This document shows positions 1 through 11,360 of a stretch of DNA of 64,000 nucleotides, one piece after another. The position numbers and the translations under genes are program-made. Positions within the stretch are counted from its first letter, which is position 1; each line of letters starts with the position of its first letter. Source of the DNA: Candidatus Levyibacteriota bacterium (GTDB lineage: Bacteria > Patescibacteriota > Microgenomatia > Levybacterales > UBA12049); assembly GCA_963790825.1 (NCBI GenBank), contig CAWBPM010000002.1, forward strand, positions 423,159 to 487,158, written 5' to 3'. The notes under the pieces were generated by a model. That model searched no databases. It was not told the DNA's origin and saw only the letters and a list, made by a program, of their open reading frames with translations.

Positions 1-606
1 CAAAGACCGCGCTCAATAAGAGCAGCAATGACCCAAATCCCATTCTGGCTCCCGCTACTATATCGGGGTCAATTCTGGATAATATTCTTCTGGCAAGTAC
101 AGTTTCTACTGCCCAAAGTAAAGTAGCAATGAGTATAAACATCTCACCCTCTGAGAAGCTGAAGCCTTTAAACCCCCCGATTGTCAAATTTCCCAAAAAT
201 ATCAAAATGACTGCGACAAATTGTAAACGGGACAGTTTTTCTTTTAACAGCGGAATTGCCAGCAGGGCAACCCAAAAAACTAATGTCTTATTGATGAGAA
301 CTGCATTGATTGCGGGAACCATCGAAAGACCGGTAAAAAAAAGATAAAAGGGAATCGACCCACCAACAATACCGATCAAACCTAAAATTAAATAATCCTT
401 CCGGGTCAAGTATTTCAGTTTTTTCCATTTCGCAGAGATAAGTAAAATGCCGATAAGGAGAAGTCCTACCCCAAAATTTTTAGTTGAAGTAAATATTAAT
501 GGCGGTTTGATGATATCCACGGCAAATTTATTGGCAAAATTAGAAAATCCGGAAATCACTGCAGTGATGAGCGCAAGATAAATACCTGTTTTATAGGCAC
601 TTTTCA
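1..606 (-). CDS. EamA/DMT-family membrane transporter (3' end runs off window start)
   Basis: Reverse-strand ORF starts ATG at 606 (MKSAYKTGIYLALITAVISGFSNF...). It is highly hydrophobic and multi-helix with a duplicated EamA-like pattern. No stop lies in the window, so it is absent from the ORF track. Confidence 0.5.
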
Positions 607-615
607 TAGAGGAAA

Positions 616-900
616 TTAGTTTGGCCAAACCTGTTTGCCGGTCTCCGCGTCTGTGATAATAATTGCTTTAGTCGGACAGGACTCTGCAGCGGTTATTATA
701 TTTTCCGGACTGTCAGTGCTGTTTTGAAGAACAATTGCTTTATTTTCGTTGTCTAATTGAAAAGTACCCGGAGAAACCGCTACGCACGATGCTGCCCCGA
801 TACATGCATTGCGATCTACTTTCACTTTATATTTTCCGATAACGAATACTTTATCTCCTGTTGCAGGTGGTTGGGAAGGAGGATTCGCTTGATCTGGCAT
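616..900 (-). CDS. small ferredoxin (single [4Fe-4S]/[3Fe-4S] cluster type)
   Basis: 94 aa; Cys motifs DRNACIGAASCVAVSP ... AESCPTKAI are typical of Pyrococcus-type ferredoxins (Fer4_13-like). Confidence 0.65.
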   Translation of the reverse strand: MPDQANPPSQPPATGDKVFVIGKYKVKVDRNACIGAASCVAVSPGTFQLDNENKAIVLQNSTDSPENIITAAESCPTKAIIITDAETGKQVWPN

Positions 901-989
901 AATATATTACTAGTATAAAGATTGTAGGAAAAAAATCAAGAGGACGATTTTGTATGTGCTATTATTGATAGGTAAAATAAAATTAAGCT

Positions 990-1694
990 ATGCGCGCATT
1001 ACTCAAAGACAGAAAAGAAATAGCCCAAGACACACTCTATCTCGCTTTTGATCTGCTCGGGCAAGAGCTGACGTTCCAGGCAGGGCAGTTTTTTACGCTG
1101 ACATTATCTAATCCTTCCCATACCGACAACAGAGGAAACCAGCGCTTTCTGGGTTTTATTAATAGTCCCAGTAAAAAGGGAATTGTCGAAACTGCGACAG
1201 TTATGGGAGTTTCCGCGTTTAAAAAATCATTAGTCGAGTTGGAATTGGGAAGTGAAGTAGAAATCGGACCGGTTGGGGGAGAAGGAGTACTAAAAGACAA
1301 AACCAAACCCCTGGTCTATGTCGCATCGGGTATTGGCATTGTTCCTTTTATGAGTGCTATTCATATGGTAAAAGATTTGAATTTGCCGGACAAAATAATT
1401 CTGCTTTATGAGCAAACCGATAAAGCGTCAACTGCGTTCTTTGATGAGTTGACAACGTATGCTAAAGAGAATCAAAATTTCACCTGTATTATAACGCTGA
1501 CTGACGATTCAAGTTGGGTAGGGGAGAAAAGAAAAATCGATTCACAATTTTTCAAAGAGTATCTCTTGAAACCAGAGATATATCACTATGTTATCACCGG
1601 TCCGCTAAAGAATGTTTTAGCAATACAAAATGCACTAAAAGTTGCTGGTGCAAAACCGGAAGACATCAGAATAGAAATATTTTCAGGTTACTAA
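990..1694 (+). CDS. FNR-like FAD/NAD(P)-binding oxidoreductase
   Basis: 234 aa; ferredoxin-NADP reductase-like fold signatures (GQFFTL beta-barrel, GIGIVPFMS NAD-binding glycine motif). Confidence 0.55.
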   Translation: MRALLKDRKEIAQDTLYLAFDLLGQELTFQAGQFFTLTLSNPSHTDNRGNQRFLGFINSPSKKGIVETATVMGVSAFKKSLVELELGSEVEIGPVGGEGVLKDKTKPLVYVASGIGIVPFMSAIHMVKDLNLPDKIILLYEQTDKASTAFFDELTTYAKENQNFTCIITLTDDSSWVGEKRKIDSQFFKEYLLKPEIYHYVITGPLKNVLAIQNALKVAGAKPEDIRIEIFSGY

Positions 1695-1710
1695 TTCGGA
1701 GTGACAATCT

Positions 1711-2570
1711 TTATGTAAACTTCTTAAATAGTTCCGCCAGATCTCTTCCTTCAGGTGAGTGCTCAATGAGTGGTTTATCTTTGATTTGCAGAATAAGAGA
1801 TTCATATGAAGGCTCCTTGTCATTTTTATAAAATACGCCGATAGGGATTTGCTTTAGTCCCCATTCTCCTGCTTTTTTGAACGCCGCATCTTTGTCACTT
1901 GTATTATGACTTGCATCAAGATTATAAATATTCTCCTGGAAGAATAAATGTGTATATTGTTTATTCCAGGTAACACACGGCTGGAGAATATCGACAACTG
2001 CAAATCCCGGGTGCTGTTCCGCCTGAATCATGAGATCCGTAAGCTGAGGGATATTACTCGCATAAGCTCGGGCAACAAATGTAGCGCCGGCCGCAATTGC
2101 CAACCTCAGCGGATTTAACGGTCCTTCTATGCTGCCAAAGGAGTTGACTTTGATTTATACTCCATCGGTGACGTTGGAGAAGTTTGACCGGTTGTCAGCC
2201 CGTATATAGAATTGTCATGAATAAAGACAGTGATGTTGACATTTCTGCGAGCTGCATGCAGGAAATGATTGCCTCCTTCAGACAATGAGTCTCCATCTCC
2301 GGTAAAAACAAAAACATGCAATTTGTTATTCGCCATTTTAATGCCTTCCGCTACAGGTAATGCCCGTCCGTGAAGTCCTTCGAATGAAGTCAGTTTGGTA
2401 AAGTTAGTCAGGTGTCCATGGCAGCCGATGCCCGCAACGAGTGCGGTATTGCTATTATTCCAATCCTCCTTCACTGCGGCATTTTTAAAAGCAGCCCAAA
2501 TGGCAATATCTCCACAACCCGGACACCAACTTTGCTGACAAGGTGTAGTTAAGTCCTGTAAAGTAATCAT
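1711..2570 (-). pseudogene. 2-oxoacid:ferredoxin oxidoreductase beta subunit (TPP-binding), interrupted by a 1-nt frameshift
   Basis: ORF 2127-2570 carries CPGCGD and GDGD (TPP/Fe-S motifs) and ends ...MEYKSKSTPLAA*. ORF 1711-2103 is the C-terminal part (LAIAAGATFVAR...). The two frames join perfectly (KSKSTP[F/Y]GSIEGPLNPLRLAIAAGATF) if one base is added in the AAA run at plus-strand 2137-2139. Confidence 0.75.
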
Positions 2571-2575
2571 ATTTC

Positions 2576-4294
2576 TTATTTCTTTAGAATATTTTGTAGT
2601 TTTTCACTAATTTCCTCGGGAAAGAATGGTCGTCCATCATATTTTAGTAACGTATCGGTAATCTTGTATCCCGTATGCTCCATTACAAGATGTGCAAATT
2701 GGGCAGTATAGTTCGATTCAATATCTAGAACATGTTTTGCTTTTATCAGTGCATTTCTCACTGCTGACGTCGGGAATGGACTCATCCAGGTGACGTGTAA
2801 AAAATTAACATTGGGAAAATCCTCTAATGCCTGTAAAATACTACCCTTTGTACTTCCCCAAGAAATGACAGTAACCTCAGCATTTTCCGGTCCATACAAC
2901 TTTGGCAAGGTCATATCCTGCTCCTGACAAATTTGTTGTTTTTTCATACGTTTATCAACCTGCATGCGCACTATTTCCGCTTCTTCGCTGTCATACCCCT
3001 TGTCCGTATGTTCGTTAGAATTGCCGATGAAAAAATTTCCTAATCCCGGCAAAGACCTCGGAGAAATACCGTCATCACTTGCTGCATACCGACTATAATT
3101 TGCGTCAGTTGACAATGTGAGCTTACCCCGATCTATCGTATAGGAACTCGTATCAAATAACCGGTAACCATGATCGTCTTCGCAAATATTTTTATCGATG
3201 AGAACTATAACCGGTGTTTGGTATTTATCCGCCAGATTAAACGCCTGCATGGTCAGCTCGAAAGCTTCTTTGCCGTCTCCGGGAGAGAGAACAATACGGG
3301 GAAAATCACCCTGATGGGCATGGAGAATAAATTGCAAATCTCCTTGTGCTGTCCAGGTCGGCAAACCCGTAGCCGGACCAGGACGCATACCCTCGATAAT
3401 AACCAAAGGTGTTTCAGTCATTGCCGCCAAGCCGTAGCCTTCTGTCATCAGACAAAAACCACCGCCTGACGTCGCTACCAGTGATCTTGCTCCGGTAAAA
3501 CTGGCTCCGATAGCCATATTGATTGCTGAAATTTCGTCTTCAGGTTGTTTATAGATGTAGGCGAATTTTTCTTGCTGCAAAGCAAGCACTGCCAGAATGT
3601 TTGTGATCGGCGTCATCGGGTAGATAGAGGCGAACTGCATTCCAGCCGCAATCGCCCCCAAAGCGACTGCTTCAGTACCATTAACAATCATCTGTGGTTC
3701 TCTGTATTGCGGAGTTAGGAGCGGCTGAATTTTATCGGCAAACTGTTCTTTGGCGAACTCATATCCTGCCTGTGCTGCCTTATGATTCATCTTTATGATA
3801 CTTTCTCCTTTTTTTAAAAATTCTTCTTCCAATAACGTTTTGACAATCGTAATATCTCCACCAATGAGTGCTATTAATGCACCAACAGCCACAGTATTAA
3901 TGAGAATTTCTTTGCCGCCCGCTTCGGCTGCAAATTTTGCCAACGGAACAGGATATAAGCGAATATTTTTGCTCCCCTTGCTGATTGTAAAATCTTTTTC
4001 ACTATCATAAAGTATGCCCCCTCCGTCCGGGATTTCACTTATGTGTCTTGTGATCGTATCCTGATTGAGAGCAATTAAGAAATCTGTGCGTTTAATTGGC
4101 GCTCTGACTTCTTCCCGGGAAAAAAGAATTTGCATGACATTATGTCCGCCCCGAATAAGTGAAGGATATTCCGTATATGTATGAATATAATATCCTGACC
4201 GGGTAGCAACTTTTGCAAACAATAGTCCTTCTGATTTTACTCCCTGACCTGCTTGCCCGCCGATTTTTACGCTTATGATAGTTTGATTGGACAT
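2576..4294 (-). CDS. 2-oxoacid:ferredoxin oxidoreductase, fused gamma-alpha subunit
   Basis: 572 aa. The N-terminus has the POR gamma fold (IGGQAGQGVKSEGLL...RGGHNV). The remainder is the alpha subunit (transketolase-like pyrimidine-binding, ...GIAAGMQFASIYPMTPIT...). It lies 5 nt upstream of the beta gene. Confidence 0.8.
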   Translation of the reverse strand: MSNQTIISVKIGGQAGQGVKSEGLLFAKVATRSGYYIHTYTEYPSLIRGGHNVMQILFSREEVRAPIKRTDFLIALNQDTITRHISEIPDGGGILYDSEKDFTISKGSKNIRLYPVPLAKFAAEAGGKEILINTVAVGALIALIGGDITIVKTLLEEEFLKKGESIIKMNHKAAQAGYEFAKEQFADKIQPLLTPQYREPQMIVNGTEAVALGAIAAGMQFASIYPMTPITNILAVLALQQEKFAYIYKQPEDEISAINMAIGASFTGARSLVATSGGGFCLMTEGYGLAAMTETPLVIIEGMRPGPATGLPTWTAQGDLQFILHAHQGDFPRIVLSPGDGKEAFELTMQAFNLADKYQTPVIVLIDKNICEDDHGYRLFDTSSYTIDRGKLTLSTDANYSRYAASDDGISPRSLPGLGNFFIGNSNEHTDKGYDSEEAEIVRMQVDKRMKKQQICQEQDMTLPKLYGPENAEVTVISWGSTKGSILQALEDFPNVNFLHVTWMSPFPTSAVRNALIKAKHVLDIESNYTAQFAHLVMEHTGYKITDTLLKYDGRPFFPEEISEKLQNILKK

Positions 4295-4306
4295 AAGATT
4301 TTTTCT

Positions 4307-5056
4307 CTAGAACTTTTCAGTATAGATTCTCTCTTTTGGACAGTTATTAGAAAGCAGGATGTTGGTTGCTTCTTCAATCATTTCTTTATTACCGCATAGA
4401 TACGCACTGCATCCGCTTGCATCAGGATATTCTTTATTTAAATAGTCGGTGATATGACCCGTATATCCCTGCCAGTCCTGATCAGGCTTAGAAAGGGTAA
4501 TATTACAAGTAAAATTAGGATGTTCCTCGGATAACTGCTCAAAGTAACCTTGCCAAAAGATGTCAGTAGGATAGCGTAAACCAAAAAAGAGCGTCATGGG
4601 TGTTTGGATATTTTTCTCTTTCAGTGCCGAATAAATAATACTTCTGAGTGGACTGCAACCTGAACCTGTTGCGAGAAAGAGCATATGTTTTGCGCCGTCA
4701 TTTTCCTGCAAAGTAAAAACACCAAATGGTCCCAGATATTCTATTTCGTCACTGACTTTTAAATTTTCAAAATAATGAGAACCAGGACCCCCCGGAGTTA
4801 TATCAACCAATAATTTAAATTTATTCGGATCATCAAGACAAGCAATAGAATAATCCCTGATTTGATTTTCTGCGACTTTTATACTGATATACTGCCCGGG
4901 TTTAAAAACTAAAGGAGTAGAAGATTCAAGCGTAAATTGATGACAGCAAGTAGTGAGAATACTGTGATCCAATACTTTTGCGCTGTGAAACGCAGGACCC
5001 ACTACAATAGGTGGGGAAGTTACTTCTTGCGGTTGTACTAACAAATCATTTGACAT
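4307..5056 (-). CDS. FNR-like FAD/NAD(P)-binding oxidoreductase (first gene of OFOR operon)
   Basis: 249 aa; FKPGQYISIKV ... LFLATGSGCSPLRS motifs of the FNR family. Its stop is 12 nt from the OFOR gamma-alpha start. Confidence 0.55.
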   Translation of the reverse strand: MSNDLLVQPQEVTSPPIVVGPAFHSAKVLDHSILTTCCHQFTLESSTPLVFKPGQYISIKVAENQIRDYSIACLDDPNKFKLLVDITPGGPGSHYFENLKVSDEIEYLGPFGVFTLQENDGAKHMLFLATGSGCSPLRSIIYSALKEKNIQTPMTLFFGLRYPTDIFWQGYFEQLSEEHPNFTCNITLSKPDQDWQGYTGHITDYLNKEYPDASGCSAYLCGNKEMIEEATNILLSNNCPKERIYTEKF

Positions 5057-5334
5057 ACTCTAATCTATACTAGTGGACAATATTCTTTTTGTCAAAAGTA
5101 TAAATTTCCTATTAATGAATATTAAGGAATAAATAATGTTGAATATTTACAAACTGTAACTTATGAAATACAGAAATTAGCAACAAATGTGCTAAAACAA
5201 CGCAGAGAACAAAACTTGCTTTATAAATTTATCTCTTTACATTGTTAGAAGAGCATAAACAGTAACTCCTCATTGACACTTATTTGCCTGTATGGCATAG
5301 TAAAATTACGCAGTAAAGTCTGTAGTTTTTTGTT

Positions 5335-5817
5335 ATGAAGAAAATTACAACATACGCCTTTATCGACAGTCAAAACTTGAACTTAGGAGTTCGTTCACAG
5401 GGGTGGAGACTGGACTGGCAAAAATTTAGACAATACCTACGAAATAAATATAACGTGACAAATGCTTTTCTGTTTATTGGATATAAGCCGGGTAATGAAG
5501 CTCTTTACGCCAACTTACAAAAAATGGGCTATTTGGTAATTCTTAAGCCAACACTGGAATTACCGGATAAGTCAGTTAAAGGAAATGTTGATGCTGAGCT
5601 TGTACTCCACACAATGATTCAGTTTGAAAACTTTGACAAAGCTATCATTTTCTCAGGAGATGAAGATTTCTTCTGCTTGGTAGAGTATCTTGAGAGTAAA
5701 AATAAACTACTACATATTTTGACTCCAAATAAGCATTATTCAAGGTTGTTTAAGAAATACTCAGGATATATTGTACAAGTAGATTGGTTAAGAAACAGTC
5801 TGGAACTTAAAACATAA
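5335..5817 (+). CDS. NYN/LabA-like domain protein
   Basis: 160 aa; IDSQNL ... FLFIGY ... FSGDEDF acidic motif pattern of NYN (PIN-like) nucleases. Confidence 0.45.
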   Translation: MKKITTYAFIDSQNLNLGVRSQGWRLDWQKFRQYLRNKYNVTNAFLFIGYKPGNEALYANLQKMGYLVILKPTLELPDKSVKGNVDAELVLHTMIQFENFDKAIIFSGDEDFFCLVEYLESKNKLLHILTPNKHYSRLFKKYSGYIVQVDWLRNSLELKT

Positions 5818-5944
5818 AAAAACTGGCATCAGCGGTCGGTCGAAACCTTAGGCCTATCCAGTCATCGTGATAAAATATTTATATCATATGAAACACAAAT
5901 TGTCAAATATTTTTACAGCGAAATAATTTAACAATTATTAACTT

Positions 5945-8900
5945 ATGCAAGCGAAACATTTATTAAAATTTAATAATTATATAGTGACTCCGACTTTGCC
6001 GCGAACGAATCGGAAGAGATGGAGATTTCATAAATGGAAGTTTCCGACATTCACTTCACTTCTTTTCTGGAAAAATTTAAGAGGACAAAAAAAGCAATAT
6101 TATTACCTTATTTTGGGAAGCGTACTGCTCCTAGCGGGAATTGCCGCTCTAACGATTGCTCTCAATATGAAAAAAGCCGAAGCAGCCTGGTATAACGATA
6201 ATTGGGAATACAGACAGGCTATAACAGTTACCGTTCCCAGCAACGGAAGCGATGTGAATAATTTGGAGACTCTTTTAACTATCATTAACACTAATACGCT
6301 TATTTCCGCCGGTAAACTGCAAACCAATTGTCAGGATCTTAGATTTACTTCTCAAACAGGCACTCTATTACCTTACTATATAGATTCAGGTTGTAATACC
6401 GCCTCTGCCAAAATCTGGGTAGCGGTGGATAAAGTCCCTGCCAATACTACTACTTACACTCTCTATATGTATTATGGTAACCCCTCAGCTATTGCCGGAA
6501 CCAATCCTACCCGCTTTGATCTCTTTAACGGTCTCGTCGGCTACTGGCCGATGAATGAAACCACCTGGAATAACGTAGCAGGGGAAGTGAAAGATGTATC
6601 AGTCAGTGGAAACAATGGCCAGGGTTCAGGCTATAGTTCAACCTCGCTCCCAGCGGGCAAGTACGGAAATGCAGGAACGTTTAGCGGGAGTCAAGGAGTG
6701 ACATTGTCTCCGCTCTCAGCATTAACCACAAATTTTACAGTGAGCGCATGGGTGAAGACTACAACCAGTGGTGTATGGCAATCTATTTATCGAAGTGGCA
6801 CTGCTACAAATTTTTGGAAATTTGTTATCGATTATAATAATCATTTGGATTTCACTGAGCAAGGAATAACCGATTATCCCACGACACAAACAATTTCACA
6901 GAACCAATGGGTATTTGTCGCCGTGACAAAAAACGGTGATACCGGCACTAATCTTGCCTTTTACATTAATGGGATAGCTGCTGGAACCGCAAGTGTGGGA
7001 TCGGTGGTTACACCAAGCGGGAGTGCAAATATAGGTGGAATAGAGAATTTCGTTGGATAAATTGATGACGAGCGTACCTACAACCGCGCGCTCGCACCTT
7101 GGGAGATTAAGAATCTTTATAACAACCCCGGAGTTCTGGCGTCTTACGCTTCGACTAATTCCAATCCACCACCTCCTTCGCCAGTGAAGAAGTCGGCACA
7201 GCCCCAATAGCCTATTGGAAATTTGATGACGGACAGGGAATTATAGCCTCCAATTCCGCTTCGCTTAACAATTACGGAGTCTTATCAGGAGCAACAAAAC
7301 CAGCTTGGCAGACCGAGGACCAGTGTGTCAGCGGTAAATGTTTGTATTTCAACGGGATAACCTCCAATGTCTCCACTGCCAGTATCAGTGGAGCTATCCA
7401 AACAGTTTCTCTTTGGGTGAAGCCAGCTACCTCTTCCGCCTCCATCCTCCAACTCAATAGTACTCAGGACATTTACGCTGCTAGCGGAGTAGTCAGTACA
7501 GATGGCATCACCTCACCTGTTATTTATGTCAATGGAAATCAGAACGGTACCCTTAAAGCTAACAACTGGAATCATATAGAAGTTACTACTCCCAATGGTA
7601 TGATTGCTACTACTCCCATCCTTGGTAAACTCTGGCGGGGAGTATTAAATGGTTTTATTGATGACGTCAAACTCTATCCCTACGCCCGCACAGCACAAGT
7701 ATTAACCGATTACAACGCCCGTGGTTCAGTCAAAGGCGCATCCGTCAATATCGGTATTCCTCCTAACTCCAATTTCTCCGCTCTTAACCAGGGTCTCGTC
7801 GGCTACTGGAAAATGGATGAAGCTACCTGGAGCGGAACCCTGGGGGAAGTAGTCGATTCATCGGGGAACGGAAATAACGGGACGGCAGCATGTTCAGGAA
7901 CAGGCTGCGGAAAGGCCTATTCTGGAAGTCCGTCTAAATTTGGTAATGCAGGACAGTTTGAGGGATAGATAATTATGTAAGTATTGGAAATCCCTCATTG
8001 CTCCAGATGACTGGCTCTTTTACTCTATCAGCTTGGGTTAATCTAAAAAATTACAATAAATTTAGCGATTTTATCGGCAAGAGTGATAATACGCAGACGA
8101 ATAATGCATATACATTACGTACAAATTCAACAACAGGGATTCCCGACATGATTGTATTTACAGGAGCATCCTGTACTGGCACTAATATAGTCGGGTCAAC
8201 CGCCCTTGGTACCAATGCCTGGCATTTAGTTACCGGGGTATATAATGCCAGTATCGGCACGGGATATTTATATATTGATGGTATCTTAACCTCAACGCAA
8301 GCTGGGATAACCGGTACCGTTTGTGGAACAAATGGAAATGTACAGATAGGTATCATGGGAGCCGGTGGATATGGGAGCGGGACTAATGGTTCCATCGACG
8401 AAGCTCGTATCTACAACCGAGCGCTATCTCCTTCCGATGTGCAGAATTTGTATAACTACGCCCCAGGTCCAGTGGCGTATTATAACTTTGAAGAAGGTTC
8501 AGGAAGCACTGTGAATGATAAATCAGGCTATGGCAACAATGGCACGTGGGAAGGAACCCTGGGCAAGCAATACAAGACAGGAAAATACGGTTGGGCCGGC
8601 AACTTCAACGGAACGGATAATGGTGTATTCATGGGTGTTAATAAACTTGCAACCGCAAGTGGTGGCTTAAGTTTTGGTGCTTGGGCAAAGTGGAAAAGTT
8701 TTCCAACAAGTAATGTACCTGCAGTCTTGAGTGATGCAGATAGTGGCGCAATAAACGGGTTTATGCTCTATAGTGGGACTTCTGCACCATATAATACAGC
8801 AAAAGCATTTGTCCATACATCAAATGGCCTAAATGTCGTACAAAGTAGTACATTGTTGAATACAAATCAATGGTATTACATTTATGTTACTTATGATGGT

Positions 8901-11295
8901 ACGAATCTCAAGTTGTATTTAAATGGAGTTTTGGATACAACCCAGTCAGCAACTGGAACAATTACATCGGGGCGCCCTGGATGGTTTCCTTATCGGACAG
9001 ACCTACTATTATGGTCTAGCACCTTTTAACGGTCAAATCGACGAAGTCCGTATCTACAACTACGCCATCTCGCAAAAACAAATAGTTCAGGACATGAACG
9101 GGGGAGCTTCCACTGTGGCAGTAGGCGGCACCAGGGCTGGGGCTGTAGGGTATTGGAAATTTGATGAAGGCTACGGGACAGTAGTAAATAATTCGGGATA
9201 TGGCGGTACTGTGCTAAACGGAACAAACGGTATCGGTACAACAGCATGGAGGCTAGATGGAAAGTATGGGAAAGCACTTTATTTTAATGGCGCAAGTAAT
9301 ATTTCTATTCCGGCTAATAGTGTATTTAACGGTTTTAATTCGTCAAGTCAGTTTTCGCTTTGCGCATGGATTTCAACCACTGCATCTGGCGGTTATATTA
9401 TGTCCACTATGAATGTAACACCAAGAGGATATGGGATGTATCTATCTTCGGGAAAAGTTGCTGTTGAACTTTATAATAACGGGTCAAATGTAATAAAAGT
9501 TGTATCTGCAAACACTGTAAATGATGGTAAGTGGCATTATGTTATGGCTACTTATGATGGTTCGGTTAAAGCAGCAGGAGTCAATATCTATATAGACGGG
9601 GTATTACAGCAAAAAAATATTTTGAACGATAGTTTAACAGGTACAATAAGCTCGGGCACGGTACTGGGAATAGGTTCTTACGGACAGGGGGGTTCTTTTT
9701 TCTCAGGCCTAATCGATGAAGTAAAACTCTATCCCTACGCTCTTTCTCCCTCCGAAGTCAAGATGGATTATAACCACAACTCCGCGACTGTCATCGGCGC
9801 GTTCTCGACAAATCCAAGTAACGGGAAAACAGCGTCTAATTCCGCCAGTGCAATTTACTGTGTTCCGGGTGATACAACTACTTGTAATCCGCCGGTTGGG
9901 GAGTGGAATTTTGACGAAGGTGTAGGCGGATATGCAAACGACAGTTCGGGAAATGGGAATCAGGGAACTTGGAATGGGACGGGTAAGAAACATTGAGTAC
10001 CCGGTGTCTCCAACGCCGCCGGCAACTTCAACGGAAGTAATGACTATGTCAGCATAGGGGATAACACTACATTGCATTCTCAGTATGGGACCGTTGAAGG
10101 CTGGGTCAAAACTAAAAATGACGCAGACACGGAATTCTTTACTGGAACCGATGCATCTTCCGGCCAGGATGAATTTGATGTTGAACTTGGTCCGTCCACT
10201 GCCATTTGCACTAACGAGCTGATTACCGTTTATAGTATCGTAACTAATACAGAAGATGTTGATTGCTATACAACTACCAATAGGAATGAGCTGTTTGATG
10301 GTAAATGGCACTATATTGCCGCAACAGTAAGTTCTACAGGAATAAATATATACTTAGACGGTGTGTCAAAGACCCTAAATGTAACAAATTACAGAGGAGA
10401 TGCAGGAGTATTTACTCAATCAACAAACATCAATCGATTCAGGATCGGCGTCTATCCTTCTCCTACAAATTATCTCAAAGGCAGTATCGATCAATTCAGA
10501 ATCTATAACTACGCTCGTACTCCTGCCCAGGTGGCCTGGGATTACAACCGTGGAGGGCCAGTCGGGTATTGGAAGTTTGACGAGTGCCAGGGAGCGACAG
10601 TATTGGATCATTCAGGAAAAGGGAATAACGGCACGATCACAGTTGGCGGAAGCGGAACAGACGTTCTCGGCACATGCACCGGTTCCACCGCCAGCGCTTG
10701 GAAAACCGGAGTGCTGGGAAAATATAATTCCTCGTTATATTTCGACGGCAGCAACGATTATGTGGATATGAGTCAGCCAATCAGTTTGAATATTTCGGGT
10801 GATATGAGTATCAGCGCATGGATAAGGCCATCTGCAATGGGTGCTTTAAATGATGTTATCTCGAATTATAATTCAGGAGGAACTATAGCTGAATATGAAC
10901 TTTATTTCACTAATAATTCAGGCAATCATGTTGATTTTGATTGGGGCAATTCAGGTAATTATAATGACTGGGGAGCTGAAGGATATAATTTTGGAGTGAA
11001 TACGTGGTACCATATCGTAGCAGTCAGAATCGGACTTACAGCTAAGATTTATATAAACGGGATATCTCAACCCCTTACTCAAAGAGGAGCACCAGGCGGA
11101 TCAGGGACGACAGTTCCAACCTCAGGATATGGTAATACCACGATAGGCCGCGCTGGCAGCTTCAGTGGACAGTATTTTTCAGGCCAGATTGATGATGTGC
11201 GGGTGTTCAATTATGCACTGACTCCGGTACAAGTCCAGCTGTTGTATAACAATAACGCAGCATTACAAGTGGCCCCGTTAACAGGGACACCATAA
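5945..11295 (+). pseudogene. giant DUF2341 + multi-LamG/ConA-like lectin repeat surface protein, disrupted by 2 in-frame stops and 3 frameshifts
   Basis: The N-terminus has a signal anchor plus WYNDNWEYRQAITV (DUF2341-like). There are then at least eight ~200-aa repeats with the motifs GYWKFDEG ... GNNGT ... FNG.NDYV ... SAW ... IDEVRIYN.ALS. The gene is fragmented into ORFs 5945-7060, 7342-7968, 7998-9029, 8923-9996 and 10072-11295. Conserved motifs continue straight through each break. Confidence 0.7.
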
Positions 11296-11360
11296 TATTG
11301 AATTTTTAATTTACAATTTACAATTTTTCTCGCGGAGCGAGATCTCGCTTCGCTGAGACA

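Noticed and set aside
1037-1306. Numerous short ORFs antisense to or nested inside conserved genes. Examples: 1037-1306(-), 3170-3469(+), 8051-8395(-), 9709-10311(-), 22942-23652(-), 34282-34683(+), 47566-47814(-), 58779-59196, 63291-63614(-).
   Set aside because: They lie entirely within, and opposite to or out of frame with, strongly supported CDSs. They have low-complexity or biased composition and are treated as spurious.
9994-9996. In-frame TGA at a conserved Trp position might indicate TGA=Trp/Gly recoding (codes 4/25).
   Set aside because: TGA is clearly used as a stop at the conserved pheS/pheT boundary (29395-29397), and long housekeeping ORFs are intact under the standard code. A nonsense mutation, TGG to TGA, is the simpler reading.
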